Shown: in pieces, positions 12,517 to 26,319 of the stretch | Layout of the letters: each line of letters opens with the position of its first letter | How positions within the stretch are numbered: the stretch's first letter is position 1 | Assembly: GCA_002104905.1 (NCBI GenBank) | Contig: MCFE01000507.1 | Span: 1-64,000 of the forward strand | DNA from: Basidiobolus meristosporus CBS 931.73 | Lineage: Eukaryota; Fungi; Basidiobolomycota | Length of the DNA: 64,000 nucleotides | Direction: 5' to 3' | Translations under genes and position numbers: made by a program | Notes under the pieces: generated by a model | The model's database searches: none | Told to the model about the DNA's origin: nothing | Seen by the model: only the letters and a program-made list of their open reading frames with translations

Positions 12517-12735
12517 AAAAACATAGGCAATAGCAAATTACTGCACACAAACATAAGAGGTGGTAGAGTGTCTGGGATCAGTAAGTGAGAAAATTGTCAG
12601 TGAACTAATCAAAAGTCACTTTTGTATTGAGGTGATAAATAAATTTGACCAAGTTTTTTGTGAAATCTGGGGTGCAACTATTTTTTCACAGTCTTTGCAT
12701 GGTGTCCTGATGGGATCAATACCACTTAGATAGAG
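12517..12735 (-). mobile_element. Inverted fragment of the CACTA-like left subterminal region
   Basis: Reverse complement similar to about 56230-56430 and 34430-34620. Confidence 0.7.
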
Positions 12736-12749
12736 GACTTTAAATTTGA

Positions 12750-13146
12750 GATGGCTTTTGGCACATGGCACTATCTGGCACTTTAAGTGATTTGTATAAA
12801 TTTTACTTTGGGGCTAATAATTAAATATAGTGCCAGATAGTACCAGTTGACCAAGATAGTGCCATGCATTTTTCTGATATGTTACAAGCTACAGGAGCTA
12901 GATTCAGAGTGCCATGGGTATAGAATACCAGATGCATATCTTCAATCCTTTTGTACTCTTACACATCCTGCACAACATTGACATACTCCAACACAATGGG
13001 TGAAACACAGGGGCAGCTTTGCATGAAGATGCAGAGCTATGTTTCACACTCTGTGGCAAAGTATAGGCTCACTGGGCCTCTCTGGCACACTATAGCATCA
13101 TTTGGCACTCATGGCTCAGTGTGGCACTATCCAACAGAACAAGTCT
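12750..13146. mobile_element. Truncated foldback MITE (spacer plus one arm with TIR) inserted in an H transposase gene
   Basis: Similar to 47160-47546; ends ...GGCACTATCCAACAGAACAAGTCT, followed by AAT and transposase sequence. Confidence 0.85.
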
Positions 13147-15762
13147 AATGTGCCTTGTACTTGCTATAATAAAAGTGCCTCTGCCTTGTAGAAGGTCCCT
13201 TAATTCTGACTGGGAAGGTATCCAAAATACTTCTTATATGGAGCCTGTTGCTGAACACTCCAAGATATGGAAGTCTATTGGAGCTTCTGAGCCTAGTATT
13301 CCAAGCTTGCTCTAAGTCATTCATACCCTCTGCAAGGTGGCTCTACATTGCTGTCAGCTGGGAATGAAAGCTTCTTGGACATTTGTTGCAATGATGGTGG
13401 GATGAATCCTTGTAGGGCAATAGTTTTTGTAATTACCAAGAAGCTTAACAAGGGATCTCCTTGAGTAGATTAGGGTAGATGGTCCACAGTGCTTGGTATA
13501 GATCTCCTCTGATGTTTCAAAGAGAATCCATTGGTAGTGATGGGATTGATGAGAAAAGATCATTCAGATGGGTAAGTCATATTAAAGCTGGTAGGTGATA
13601 GTGCAAAGGTAATATTAACTGATTTGGCACAATCAGCTTTATATATCTGATTTTCCATGCATTTTGATAAAATCTCCATTAATTGCCATGTATCCCATCA
13701 TTATGTTGCAAAAATCATCCTAAAACAATTACTTGGTGATTTCATTGATGCTTTACTCAAAAGTCTATAATCAAATAGGAAACCTGCACTTGATGTGATT
13801 TGATCTGTATCAATGCAATCTAAGATGCATCATGCATTATATAGGGTGAACTTAACAATCATGTTAGTTTTCATATATATTGAATATAAGACCAGGTTAA
13901 TGCAAATATACTACTGTATTAGTATCCAAATCTGTCACTATGGTCCTATACCAAGTCTCAGCTCATCTTTAGAACAACCCAGACACAACCCATCTGCCAG
14001 CTCACAAGCACAGTCCAGACCAGCAAATTCAATGTTGGATCAGTTTGCGCTGTTGCCAAATGAGTTTAGTATGGTCCCAGTGTCTAGGATGAGCCTTCAT
14101 ACTGTTATTTGGGCACTACTCATTAATGTAGCTGAACTGGTTACCTCAGAGAGTTAAGAGAGATGGAAGAATTTGGTAGAAACCTGTGGCATGAGTTCTA
14201 CATCAAGATGCCAGCAGATGTATATAAGAAGATATTTAGCAAGACAAGTATTAATATCATGAGTGAGCTGAGAGTGTGGGTATTTGATGAGGAAGCTGCA
14301 CATGAACAATTCCATGCACAATTTGCTAAGTATGGACTGGATGAGTCCATTGGTGCCTCAACTTTTGGAACCAACAAAATTTTGATTGTGTTTCTGCATC
14401 AAACAGCAATATATCATGTGATATATTGGTAGAGCTAAGTGGCTTCTAATAGCAACTTAAGCAGGGCTCATCCAGGCAACAGCTCTAAGGTATCAGACAG
14501 AGGGTAGGTGAATACCTTGAGGAATCATGAGGTGAGCATCAAGAGGAAGAATAGAGACTGCAAGTAACAGCATAAAGATCACACCAGCGCACCTCACTGG
14601 ATTCCTTAACATTCCTTGCAACTTCAGTGGGCCTATACATGTCAGTCAAGTCTGCACAAACACCTTTCACAAGAGTGCCCTGCATTGTGTCAATGCACAT
14701 TAGGTTGATGTGTGCACTTCAGAGCAAAACTATCAGAACTTGCCAAACTGCTCATTTAGACACAAGTCCATTGGAGCAGGCCAAGTAACATTAACAAGTA
14801 GCATCACATCAGACTCAGCCAAGGGCCATTCCCATGCATCAAGTTGCACCTGGGCATGGTATTACACCTGACCATCAGCAAGTTACTTCTGGTATACTGA
14901 GAGATGATGACCCATATAAAGTGTATCCACCACCTAAGCATTTGGGAAGTAAAAAAATGTGTCAGCATGTAACACTTCAGGCCAGTACAGAAACATCATC
15001 TGGAGCAATTCAGCATGGTCAAGCTGCCATATTGCACTCATCAACTTGGAGGCAAAATACTGACTACAAATACACAAATAGCCAAGATGATAGTCAACAA
15101 GGAAGAAGTTAAGGTGTGCAAAGTGAATTGCTACCAAACACTCTAGTAGTAGTCCCTGTATAATAAAAAGCTTAGGAGAAGATGATGCAATTACAATGAA
15201 ATGCTATTATTTGTCATGATCCAAACAACACGTTTTTTTGCAATCTCAATTAAGCCATTGCAAATGAGTAATCACAAAATTTTTGATATAAGTTATATCA
15301 CAGTTGTATTGCACTTGAGACAGAACCCCTATAAATAAACACCCTGCATACATATAGATGATCTGTAACACCTGTGGAGATATTGGATCTGTTTTGCACC
15401 TACCCAAACAGTTGCATGCTAGCTATGACACCTTGTCTAATCACTAGGATCAGTAATATATATGTATAAGTGTAGTTTATAGTGTGATATATGGTTATTA
15501 CCAATTACCTTAAAGAAACATATCTATATACCAGATTTTCCCTACCATAGTAGTGGTATTCAATTTTTCACATGATGGAAGCATTACTAGTTGGCACAAT
15601 CATCCATGCCAATCTCATCAGGTCCAATTGTGCCATGGTGTGACCCACATAGGTCAAAATTATCAAGAGCAATCCTGCCTACTGGTAGCCACAATATCAT
15701 GCCCAATTGCTTATATTGACCACAGATTGTGCTGTGCACCCTGGTATGGTACAATGGAACAA
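13147..15762. mobile_element. H element copy 1 (degenerate; N-terminal transposase part, ORF2, right end)
   Basis: Colinear with 42520-45281; degenerate right TIR ATGGAACAA near 15754-15762. Confidence 0.9.
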
Positions 15763-15774
15763 AGCAATTTGCTT

Positions 15775-15895
15775 GTCTACTACTACCATATATATTCCAT
15801 ACCTAGTTGGGATCAAAAAAACTATGGCTTCCTGCTTACTAACCTTACAATAAGTACACACCCACTGCAATTGACACACTTCTATACCTATATTC
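15775..15895 (-). mobile_element. Short CACTA-like transposase 3' fragment
   Basis: AAAAAAACTATGGC.TCCTGCTTACTAACC shared with 3750-3780. Confidence 0.6.
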
Positions 15896-16037
15896 ACCTC
15901 ACACTAAACAAGGTGGGGTAGAAAATGGATACAATAGCAGCAGAGATCTATGCTTTCTGCTCTATGCTTGTAGTTTAGTTACTCAAATGCTGTCACAAGC
16001 TCCTTGCAAAAAAACTGACAAAGAATTTACATGGCAT

Positions 16038-16733
16038 TGCTGTAAAAATTTGCAAATTCACCTAAATACTACCATAGCTTAGTCACTTACATCATTAACT
16101 ACAAATCTTAGAGAATACAGACCAAATTCCTTGTTGGGACTTACTGACAATGTTTTCACTAAAATATCAGCTACTCAAAATATGAATACTCTCAAAGTTG
16201 TCAAAACAGCACCAAACTTTGCACACATATTCTTGGGACCTTCTCAGATTTATTCTACAAGCTTGTTATGCCAAGACCATGTAAAAGTATAAATATTACT
16301 TATACACTTAATAAGTTATGAAGTGAAAACTACATAATCTACTTGTCCCCCAATCACTATCAGTATCTCTAGGACTCTTACAACAGGTTATGAGCTCCAA
16401 GCTGTCACTCTCTGCAATGACTACTACTCCTATTACTGGAACTTTCCATCCACTGAGAAGTTGGATACTTCTAACTACCAAGTGTGGAAGGTGAAGATGA
16501 AGATGCAGCTACAAGAAAGAGATCTTTGGAATATTGACATGGGAGTGGAATGCACCCCTAAAAATGAGTTAGAGGAGTTCTCAAAGTACCAGAAGAAAGT
16601 ACTGCGTGCCTTCAACTACATTTGCCTTAATGGCAAAGACAAATTACAAAATCAATGCTCAAGAGAAAATATGGCAAAGAATGCCTGTAAGGCATTAGAC
16701 AACACCTACCAGTCATGTTCAGTTGCTAAGAAT
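16038..16733 (+). mobile_element. Copia 5' LTR (16038-16385), PBS and gag start, interrupted by H copy 2
   Basis: LTR homology, GGTTATGAGCT, DTSNYQVWKVKMKM gag fragment. Confidence 0.9.
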
Positions 16734-19580
16734 AGACTTGTTCCTTTGGATAGTGCCACAATGTGCCAGCCTTTTTATAGTGCCAGATTGATCTAGCACT
16801 TTATGGCACCATCTGGCACTATAATTTCTACCATAATGACAGTAGTAGGATATAGCTACTGGTAATTTTATTTAATCTTACTTATGTTGCTCAGAATAGT
16901 GCTTTCCTTGTCTTATTTACTCCTCCTAATGCTCCAGACACATTTCTCTCAGTGGATGTCTTCTTGTATGAATATACTGTGCATTGATAAGTATCTTAAC
17001 TATTTTACCTATTCTGCTGTTTTCTCCTATAAATGACCTTCCTCTGTGTTTACCAGCCAATATGCTGAATCTCTTCAGATATCCAAATGTATGCTCTACC
17101 CTCACTCTGAAATGATTGAATATCTCATTGTAGAGCTTCAGCTTCCTGCTAATCACACCATTCCTTGGCTTCCTATATGCTGTAATACATCCTACTCACT
17201 GACAATCCTCTCCTATGTAAGCCAAGTCTGCCATACATTTCTCCCCTCTACTGAATTGTGGATGATTTGCTACCCAGATTACTTTGACACACCTAGGTCC
17301 AGCAAATGGCCCACTAAACCAGATGCTGTTATCTTCAATGTCAGACAGTGCATGAAACTTCACACAATGTGCCTTGTACTTGCCAGAATAAAAGTGCCTC
17401 TGCCCTCTAAAAGGTCTGTTAATCCTGACAGGGAGAGTATCCAGAATACTCCTTATACAGAACCTGTTGCTAAGCACTTTGGGTAATGGAAGTCTACTGG
17501 AGCTTCTGAGCCTAGTATTCCAAGCTTGCTCTAAGTCATTCATACCCGCTGCAAGGTAGTTCTACATTGCTATCAGCTGAGAATGTAAGCTTCTTGGACT
17601 TTTGTTGCAATGGATGGTGGGATGAAGCCTTGTGGGGCTATAGTTGTTGTAATAGCAGAGAAGCTTGACAAGGGATCTCCTTGAGTAGATTAGGGTCAAT
17701 GGTCCACAGCACTTGGTATAGATCTCCTCTAATGTTTCAAAGAAAATCCAGTGGTAGTGATGGGATTGCTGAGAAAAGACCATTCAGATGAGTAAATCTT
17801 ATTAAAATTGGTGGATGATTGGGCTGAGGTGAATTGAATTAACTTGGAAAAATCAGCTTTATATATCTGATTTTCCATGCATTTTGATTAAATCTTCATT
17901 AATTGCCACATATCCTATCATTATGTTGCAATAATTATCCTCAAATAATGACTCAGTATCTTTATTGATGCTTTACCCACAAGTCTAAAATCAAGTAGGA
18001 AATATGCAATGATGGGATCCAACTCATGTCAATGCAATCCAAGATGCATGATGCATAATATATGGAAAACTCAACAATCACATTAGTTTTCATATACATT
18101 TTATATAAGACCAGGTTGATGCCAATACACTACTTTATAAGTGTACAAATCTGTCACTATGATCCCTATAACAAGCCTCAGCTCATCTTTAGTACAACAC
18201 AGACAAAACCCATTCTCAAGCTCATAACCACAGTCTGGGCTGGAGAAGTCTATGCTGGATCTGTTTGAGTTCTTGCCAAATAATTTTAGTATGGCCCAAG
18301 TGTCCTTGATGAGCTGTCCTACAGATATTTAGGCACTACTCATTAATCTAGCAGAACTAGATACCTCAGAGAGTTGACAGAGATGGAAGAATTTGGGTGG
18401 AAAGTATTAGTAGAGCTAAGTGGCTTCTAAGAGCAATATACACAGGACTCATCCAGACAACAGTTCTGAAGTATCAGCCAGAGGGTAAATGAATACCTTG
18501 AGGAATTAGAAGGTCAGTATCAAGAGGAAGAATACAGACCACAAGTAACAGCTTCTAGACTGTGCCAGCATGTCTTGCTGGATTCCTTATAATCCCTTAA
18601 AACTTCAGCACACCCACACATGTCAGTCCAAACTACACCAACACCCTTCACAAGAGCACCCTGTATTGAGTTGATGCATGTTGGGTTAATGCACATGCTT
18701 CAAGCAAAACCACCAGAACTTGCCAAACTGCTCATTGAGACATAAGTCCATTGGAGCGGGCCAAGTGGCATCAACAAGTGGCATTACATCAAACTCAGCC
18801 ATGGGCCATGCCTGCACATCAAGTCATGCCTGAGCATGCCATTACACCTGACCATAAGCAAATTTCTTCTGGTGAACTGACTAATGATAACCCACATGAA
18901 GTGCCTTCACCATCAGTGCCTTTGGCAAGTAAAAGAATGTGTTGTCATGCAGCACAGCATGCCGGCTCAGTAGCATCATCAGGAGGAATTAAGCACAGCC
19001 AAGCTGCAGCATTGCACTCATCAACTAGGAGGAATAATACTGACTACAAATACACAAGTAGCCAAGATAGAAGTCAACAAGGAAGTAGTTTGGATGTTCA
19101 AAGTGAAATACCACCAAATGCTTCTGTAGTAATCCCTGTGAGAAAAAATATAGGTGAAGATGATGCAATTGCACTGAATTGTTATTATTTGTCATGATGC
19201 AAACAACACATTTTTTTTCCAATCCAAATTGAGCAATTGCAAATCAGTAATTACTAAACTTATGATAGAAGCAATATCAAGGTTTTCTCACATTTGAGAC
19301 AGAACCCCCATAAATAAACACCCTGAATATACATATATCATGTATTACTGCAGTACTGCCATTTGATCTGTTTTGCACCTATTTGATTGATTATGTGCTA
19401 GATATGACACCTTGTCCAATCACTAGGATCAAGAATTTACTTGCTCATTGGGCAAAATGGGATATCTGAAGGCAAATCAGGTAGCTTGTGTATTGGTCAA
19501 AGAGCCAATTGGGGGCTGACAGCTTCAGGATACTATTGAACCAATTAACTGCTAAGATACAATCCAATTAGAGTGATGGT
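16734..19580. mobile_element. H element copy 2 (left TIR, transposase pseudogene, internally deleted ORF2; right end missing)
   Basis: AAT|AGACTTGTTCC at 16734; transposase fragments 16926-17783 (-); ORF2 fragments to 19197; end coordinate approximate. Confidence 0.9.
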
Positions 19581-19659
19581 TAGATGTATTGGAAATGATC
19601 AGGAGACAAGTAGAGTATATGCTTACACTTAATAACTTATAAATGTAAATATAGTGTTT

Positions 19660-22600
19660 TATCAATTTAATTTTAGTACAACACAGACAAAATGCATCCC
19701 CCAGCTCACAAGCCATGTTTGGACCAGCAAATTCAACATTGGATTGGTTTGAGCTCTTCCCAAATGATTTTAGTTTGGCACAAGTGTCTTGGATGAGCTC
19801 TTATATGGGTATTTGGGCCCTACTCACTAGTCTAGCAGAACTGGATACCTCAGAGAGTGAACAGAGATGGAAGAACTTGAGTAGACAGCTGTGGCATGCG
19901 TTCTTCAACATGATGTCAGCAGATGTATATAAGAAGATGTATAACAAGACAGGTATTAAGATCAAGAATGAGCTTAGAGTGAGGATATTTGAGGAGGAAG
20001 CCGCATGTGAACAATTTTGCATGCAATTGGCACAGTATGGACCGGACATGGCCATTTGTGCCTCAAACTTGGGAACCAAAGAGATTTGAATGAATTTTTA
20101 CCTCAATTGACTAATGTATTACTTGATATACTAGTAGAGCTGAGTGTCTCCTAGGAGCAATATTCACAGGATTCATCCAGGCAACAATTTTAAAGTATCA
20201 GACATAGTGCAAGTAGATACTCTGAGGAATCAAGAGGCAAGCTTCAAGAGGAAGAACACAGACTGCACACAACCGCATCTAGATCACATCAGCACACCTC
20301 ACAAGATTTCTTACCATCCCTTGCAACTTCAACATGCCAGCACAAATCAGTCCACTCTGCACAAACACCTCTCACAAGTGCACCCCTACATTCAGTCAAT
20401 GGGTACTTCAGTGCAAAACTACTAGAACTTGCCAAGCTGCTCATTTAGATACAAGTTGATGGGAGCAGGCTGAGTTGTGTCAACCAGTGGCATCCCATTG
20501 AACTCAGCCAAGGGCCATGTCAATGCACCAAGTTGCGCCTGAGCATGCAGTTACACCTCACCATCAGTAAGTTACTTCTGGTAAACAGACTGATAATGAC
20601 CCACATGAAGTTGTTACAATTCTTGGTATAAGAGTTGTACAGAAATAGGGAGTTTAGCCAATATTGTATTCACTAAAACTTGAACTGATCTCTATTGAGA
20701 TTCCAGCAGCTCCTTATATACATTTTGCCAGATCAATTGCTAACTAATTGTAATTCCTAATATAGGCTGTGGCTGATGACTCATTTGATTGCATTATCAT
20801 CACCCAATAAGATCCTACCTAATATATCTATTTTGGTCTGATAAAGATCTGCTGATTCATTTGCTGACTAATACTACTGATTTGATAGATAGTACTGATA
20901 ATCTGATAACCTAATCATATAACTAATTGATTTGACTAAAAACTGATCTAACTTAAACATTCAAGCAGCAGATCACAACATTCTCCCCTGCTAAAGTTGG
21001 GAGGGTTCTCCTGAATCTCTTTTCTGGTGATACCAATATCTTGATGGCTCAGTATTATCAGCAAGTCTTGCAAGCTTGAGTGTGTCCTTATGCACTAAGT
21101 CTTCCCAGATATTGCCTTGTTTGTCCACTAGTTGGTAAGTTGCAAATGACATTCTCTGATGATCTTGAATGGTCCTTTCCATTGTGGCTCAAACTTATTC
21201 TGAGTGTTGTTTCTTAGCAATACAAAGTTCCCAACTCTTAATGCTTCAGGTGCTATAGTCTTATACAATCTCTGCTTCATCTTTTCTGCGTTTTAAAATA
21301 CTTTGGTCTGTGCCTCTTGACATCTTTGTTCCAGCTGCTGGTGTCTACTTGGCTGACTGAGTTTGTCTTCTAAGGTGTCTGTAAGCTTTGGTTGTGTGAG
21401 ATCTCCTGGAATCCTTGGTTCATATCCATATACTAAGTAAAATGGCAATTGCAGGGTGGTGTTGGACTCTGCACGCAAAGAGTGCTTGGTCTAAATACTC
21501 ATCCCACCTACTGATAACTCCATTTGCATATTTGGTCAGCATTTTTCCAAATAATCCATTAAACCATTCAGTGACTCCATTAGTTCTGGGGTGATATACC
21601 AAGGTTTTCAAGTGTTTGATCTGCTGCATTTCCAGGTAAACTTGCAATGTCTTTGCCATAAAGTTTGCAACTCTATTGGATAGAATCTCTACAGGGCCTC
21701 CAAACTTCATAAGGATCTCATGGTAGATGAAACTTGCAACTTCTTGTTCACTGGCTATAGGTACAGCTTTAGCCACTGGCCATTTAGTGGCATGGTCAAT
21801 TGCTACTAGGATCCAACAGTTGCATTTCCCGGTAGTTGGCAGTCTTCCAATAAAGTATATTCCCCATCTTTCAAATGGTCTTACAGGCTCCAAGGGAAAG
21901 AGTTCAGCAATTCTCTGTGGTTGGCCTTGGTTGATTTGGCAAATTGGGCATGTTTTCACCAGCTTCTCAATGTCATGTTTCATTCTGGGCCACCATGCTC
22001 TGGCTTTCATAAGGCTGTGGGTTCCTTCAATCCCAAGATGTCCATATCCATTGTGTAGCTTATTTATTAAATCCAGGCAAGAAACATAGGGGCAATAGGC
22101 AATAGGGCTTCCATCAACAATTTGGTAGAGTGTTTCATCCTGTACTACAAATTTGCTGGCTTCATCCCGGATTATCTTCTTGATATCTTCATCCCCCTCA
22201 TTAGGAATGACTTGGTCCTCCAAGTACTCTGGTAATAGGCTAGGCCAATCTGATTCACACATCAAGTTGAGTTGTGCAACTTGATCTAATCTTGATGAGG
22301 CATCAGCAACTGTGTTGTTTTTTCCAGGGCAGTAGACAATCTCCAAGTCAAGGTACTGAATGTATTCACTCCTTCTTGTCATTCTTCTGGAGAGTACCTT
22401 ATGAGTAAATATATACTTGAGGGAGGCATGATCAGTCTTTACAGTGCATTTGACTCCTTCAATGTAGCATCTCCATGTCTTCAAACAGAATATTATAGCA
22501 AGCATCACCTTCTCATGCACTGGATAGTTTTGTACTGCTGAGTTCAGTTTCTTGGATTCAAAGGTACTAGGGTGGTTCTTTCCTTTGTATTCTTGGCTCA

Positions 22601-25600
22601 ACACTCCACCAATTGCATAATCTGAAGCATCTGTGCACAGAGTAAACTATTTTCTGAAGTCAGGTATTGTTAAGTTTGGCAGCTTAGCAAGTTCATTCTT
22701 GAACATCTGGAAGGCAGTGTCACAAGCTATGACCCACTTGTAGGTATTGTCTTTCTTGAGGATATCAGTTAAAGGGGCTGCAATACTTGCAAAGGACTTG
22801 ATAAATCTTCAATAATTGGAAACCATTCCAAAGAATAATCTGAGCTCTGATATACTACGGGGCTGCTACAGATTCTTGATAACTTCAACCTTCTTAGTGT
22901 CTAAGGTTACTCCTGTGCTAGTCACTATTTGTCCCAGATATTCAATGTGTTCCTTGAAGAATTCACACTTGGGTAGTTTGCCATAAAGATTGTTCTCTCT
23001 TAACTTGTTCAAGACCTGAGCAATGTGAACCAAGTGATCCTCTTCTGTCTTGCTGTATATTAATATATCATCTAGGTAGATTATGACAAACTTGTCTAAG
23101 TACTCCTGGAAGACAGTCTGCATCAGGGTCATGAATGTTGCAGGGGCATTAGTGAGGCCAAAACTCATGACTAAGTACTTGTAATGTCCATATCTGATCC
23201 TGAATGCTGTCCTAGGGATGCCTTCTGGCTTCACCCTAATTTGGTTGTATCCTGACATGAGGTCAATCTTGCTGAAAATAGTGGCTCCATTGAGTTGGTC
23301 CAAGAGCTCATCAATCCAAGGTATGGGGTACTTATTTTTCATGGTAACTGAGTTGAGGGCTCCATAGTCAATGCACATCCTAAGGGTTCCATCCTTCTTC
23401 TATACAAGAAGTACTGGTGCTCCCCAAGGTGACTTGCTGGGTCTGATATATCCTTGCTCCAGTAACTGATCTATTTGTCTCTTCATCTCTTCCAACTCCA
23501 ATGGACTCATTCTGTAGGGTGTCTTACTCACTGAAGGGCTATCTCCTGTTTCAGTAGCATGATCCATGTCTCTGACAGGTGGTAGGCTTACAAGCTCTTC
23601 TGGAAATACGTCTGAATACTCCTTCAAAAGATTCTGGACCTTCTGGGGTACTTGTGTAGAGGAATCCTCCTGTAATACTGCCATGAGGAACATCTGGGTG
23701 CCTTTTCTTAGTGCTCTAAAGAACTGTGTCTTGCTAATCTCACTTGGTTCACACACATTGGAATTGACCAAGTTAAAATCCAGTCTGGCAGGTAATAGCT
23801 CATAGGCCTTGTTGTCCTTCTGGATCTGAGTAGCATGGGTTCTCTAGTTGATTGATGGATTACAACAAAATAGCCAGGTTTTCCCAAGTACAAGGTCAAC
23901 TTGCAGTTCCCAAATATATAGGCCTGTAGATCTTCTTCATAGTCATTGATCTTCATCCTTACTGGCTGGGTAGTATGGTTGATTATGTGACAGTTCCCAT
24001 CAGCTGTTGAGACTCAAGTTGATTTGGTGGGTTCCAAGTTAATTTTAGCTTTCAAAGCAAATTGATCTGACATGTACTCATGTGATGCTCCTGAGTCAAT
24101 CATGATCTTGTCAGGTACTCCATTGATTACTTCATTCAAGTATAACAGCTTTCCTGAGTTTGAGGTCATCTGGGATAGGTATTCCTCTGTCATATGGAAG
24201 GTGAGTTGTAAGTCTTCTTCAAGTTCATCCTCCATGTTACTATGCTCCATGGCCCCAATATGGTTAAAGGTTCTTGATGGCTGGTGTCCATTTCTTCTCT
24301 GAGGGCAGTACCTTGCAATATGTCCTTGTTGGTGGCAATTGAGGCAAAGTCCTTTCTTCTTACATTCTTCTGAGGTAGGATTCTTCTGCATAGCATCTAT
24401 TTCCACTGGCACCGCTTCTGATTGTTTTCTTTTATAGTGAGTGTAGCCTCACTGATTAGTCATTGTGGGCTTCCCAAATCCAAACATAGCTGAGTCATAT
24501 TCAATGGCAATCTTGATGGCTTCTTCAATAGTCTGAGGTCTTTGATAATTCACTTCCTTACAAGTTCTTTCTTTCAACCCATCGATAAAGTATTCAACTT
24601 GATCCAGTGGATCCATTCTTTCAATTTGCCCAAGTAGACCTCTATATTCATAGATGTGCTCATGGACCATTCCTTTCTGAGTGTCTTCAGCTTTCTTCTT
24701 AGTAGTGTCTGTTAGTGTGGAGGCTCAAAGGCATCCTGAATTTCTGGCAGAAACTCATCCAAGGTAGAGATTGTAGAGCATCCCATCATGGTGGCTGACC
24801 TGGTCTTGTTGGGGGTACCACTGTAAAGCTGTGTCTGCCAGGTAAGAGGCTGCATAATGTAGCTTGCTTTCTGGAGCAATTCCTTTAGCCTTGAAAGCTT
24901 CTTCCATCTGGAAGAGCCAAGTTCCCAGGTTCTCATTGACTCTACCATGGTACCGGTTGACCTTCACACCAAAGTTGCTCTTGACAGGGTTTTGCTGGCT
25001 TTGGACCATGGTAGTCCTACCTTGTTGCTGCTGGCTAAGGATCTGGAGTAACTGTTACTGCTGGCCAGGATTTGTTGCATAGCATTTGGCCATTCTTGAT
25101 GTTTGGACAACTTGAGGGAGGCTTCTTCTTTCTTCAGGAGGGATGTTTCTGGTTATCACTGCTACCAGTGTTACAAGTCTTTGTATAAGAGTTGCTGAAA
25201 AAATACGGAGTTTAGCTAGTATTGTATTCACTAAAACTTGAACCAATCTTTACTGAGATTCCAGCAGCTCCTTATAAACATTTTGCCAGATCAATTGCTG
25301 ACTAATTGTATTTCCTAATGTCGGCTGTGGCTGATGACTCATTTGAATGCATCATCATCACCCAATAAGATCCTACCTAATATATCTATTACTGTCTGAT
25401 AAGGATCTGCTGATTCATTTGCTGACTAATGCTACTGATTTGATAGATAACACTGGTATACTGATAACCTAAAATATAACTAATTGATTTGACTAAAAAC
25501 TGATCTGACTTAAACATTCAAGCAGCAGATCACAACAAAGTTCCTTCACTACCAGAGCCTTTGGCAAGTAAAAGAACACATCAGTGTGTGGCACTTCAAG

Positions 25601-25911
25601 CTGGCTCAGTAACATTCTCTGGAGCAATCCAGTGCAGCCACACTGCAACATTGCACTTGTCAACTAGGAGGAAAAATACTGACCAAAAATACACAAGTAG
25701 CCAAGATTGTAGTCAAAAACAAAGTAGTTTAGTTGTGCACAGTGAACTACTACCAAATGCTTAAGTGGTAATTCCTGTGAGAAAAAAACCCAGGCAAAGA
25801 TGATGCAATTGCATTGAATTGCTATTAGTCATTATAATCCAAATAACACATTTTTTTGCAATCCAAGTTGAGCCCTTACAAATCAGTGATCACTAAATTT
25901 TTGATATAGGT
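19660..25911 (+). mobile_element. H element copy 3 (ORF2 region only), split by gypsy G1 at 20612-25537
   Basis: ORF 19715-20089 LAELDTSESEQRWKNLSRQLW; ORF2 sequence resumes at 25538; preceded by a degenerate inverted Copia LTR scrap at about 19580-19660. Confidence 0.85.
20612..25537 (-). mobile_element. Full-length decayed Ty3/gypsy element G1-a with 4-bp TSD AAGT
   Basis: LTRs 20612-20980 and 25169-25537 (369 bp, roughly 90% identical); PBS TGGTAGCAG (25159-25167); PPT 20981-20990; gag, CCHC, PR, RT (YLDD), RNase H, integrase (21420-22604); AAGT on both sides. Confidence 0.96.
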
Positions 25912-25914
25912 AAT

Positions 25915-26090
25915 AGACTTGTTCCATTGTACTGTGCCAGGGCACATGGTACAATCTACAGTCTCTAATAAAATTTAGGCACATCATTATAACTACCGGT
26001 AGGCAGGATTGCTCTTGGACAATGTTGCGCCATGTAGGATGTTCTTACACACTATGGCACAATCTGACATGATAACACTCTCACAACACC
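25915..26090 (-). mobile_element. Inverted right end of an H element
   Basis: AAT|AGACTTGTTCCATTGTACTGTGCCAGGGC, reverse complement of the 45130-45281 type end. Confidence 0.85.
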
Positions 26091-26319
26091 ATGTAGCTAA
26101 TCAAAGATAAAATCTTTGGCTCTGGACATCAGGGCTGATACCATGCTCTGAAAGCTGCCTGTCAGCCTCTTCAGGATGGTAACCATCATATCCCCACCAA
26201 TTGTTAGTATACCTGGAGATCCCACCTGTGCACTAGCAGGGTAATTCAGTCAATTAGATTTTTCATTTCTTCTTTGGGCAGCCTCCTGGCAGTAAAGAAT
26301 TTTGTCAAAGATACCTATT

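Noticed and set aside
20991-21182. Chromodomain at the G1 integrase C-terminus
   Set aside because: Protein ends shortly after the GPF/SH3-like region; no Y.VKW motif
21727-22089. 120-aa plus-strand ORF and similar antisense ORFs over TE genes (e.g. 35171-35632, 46125-46538, 59904-60293)
   Set aside because: Opposite strand of recognisable TE coding sequence; CpG/TpA-poor composition lengthens shadow ORFs
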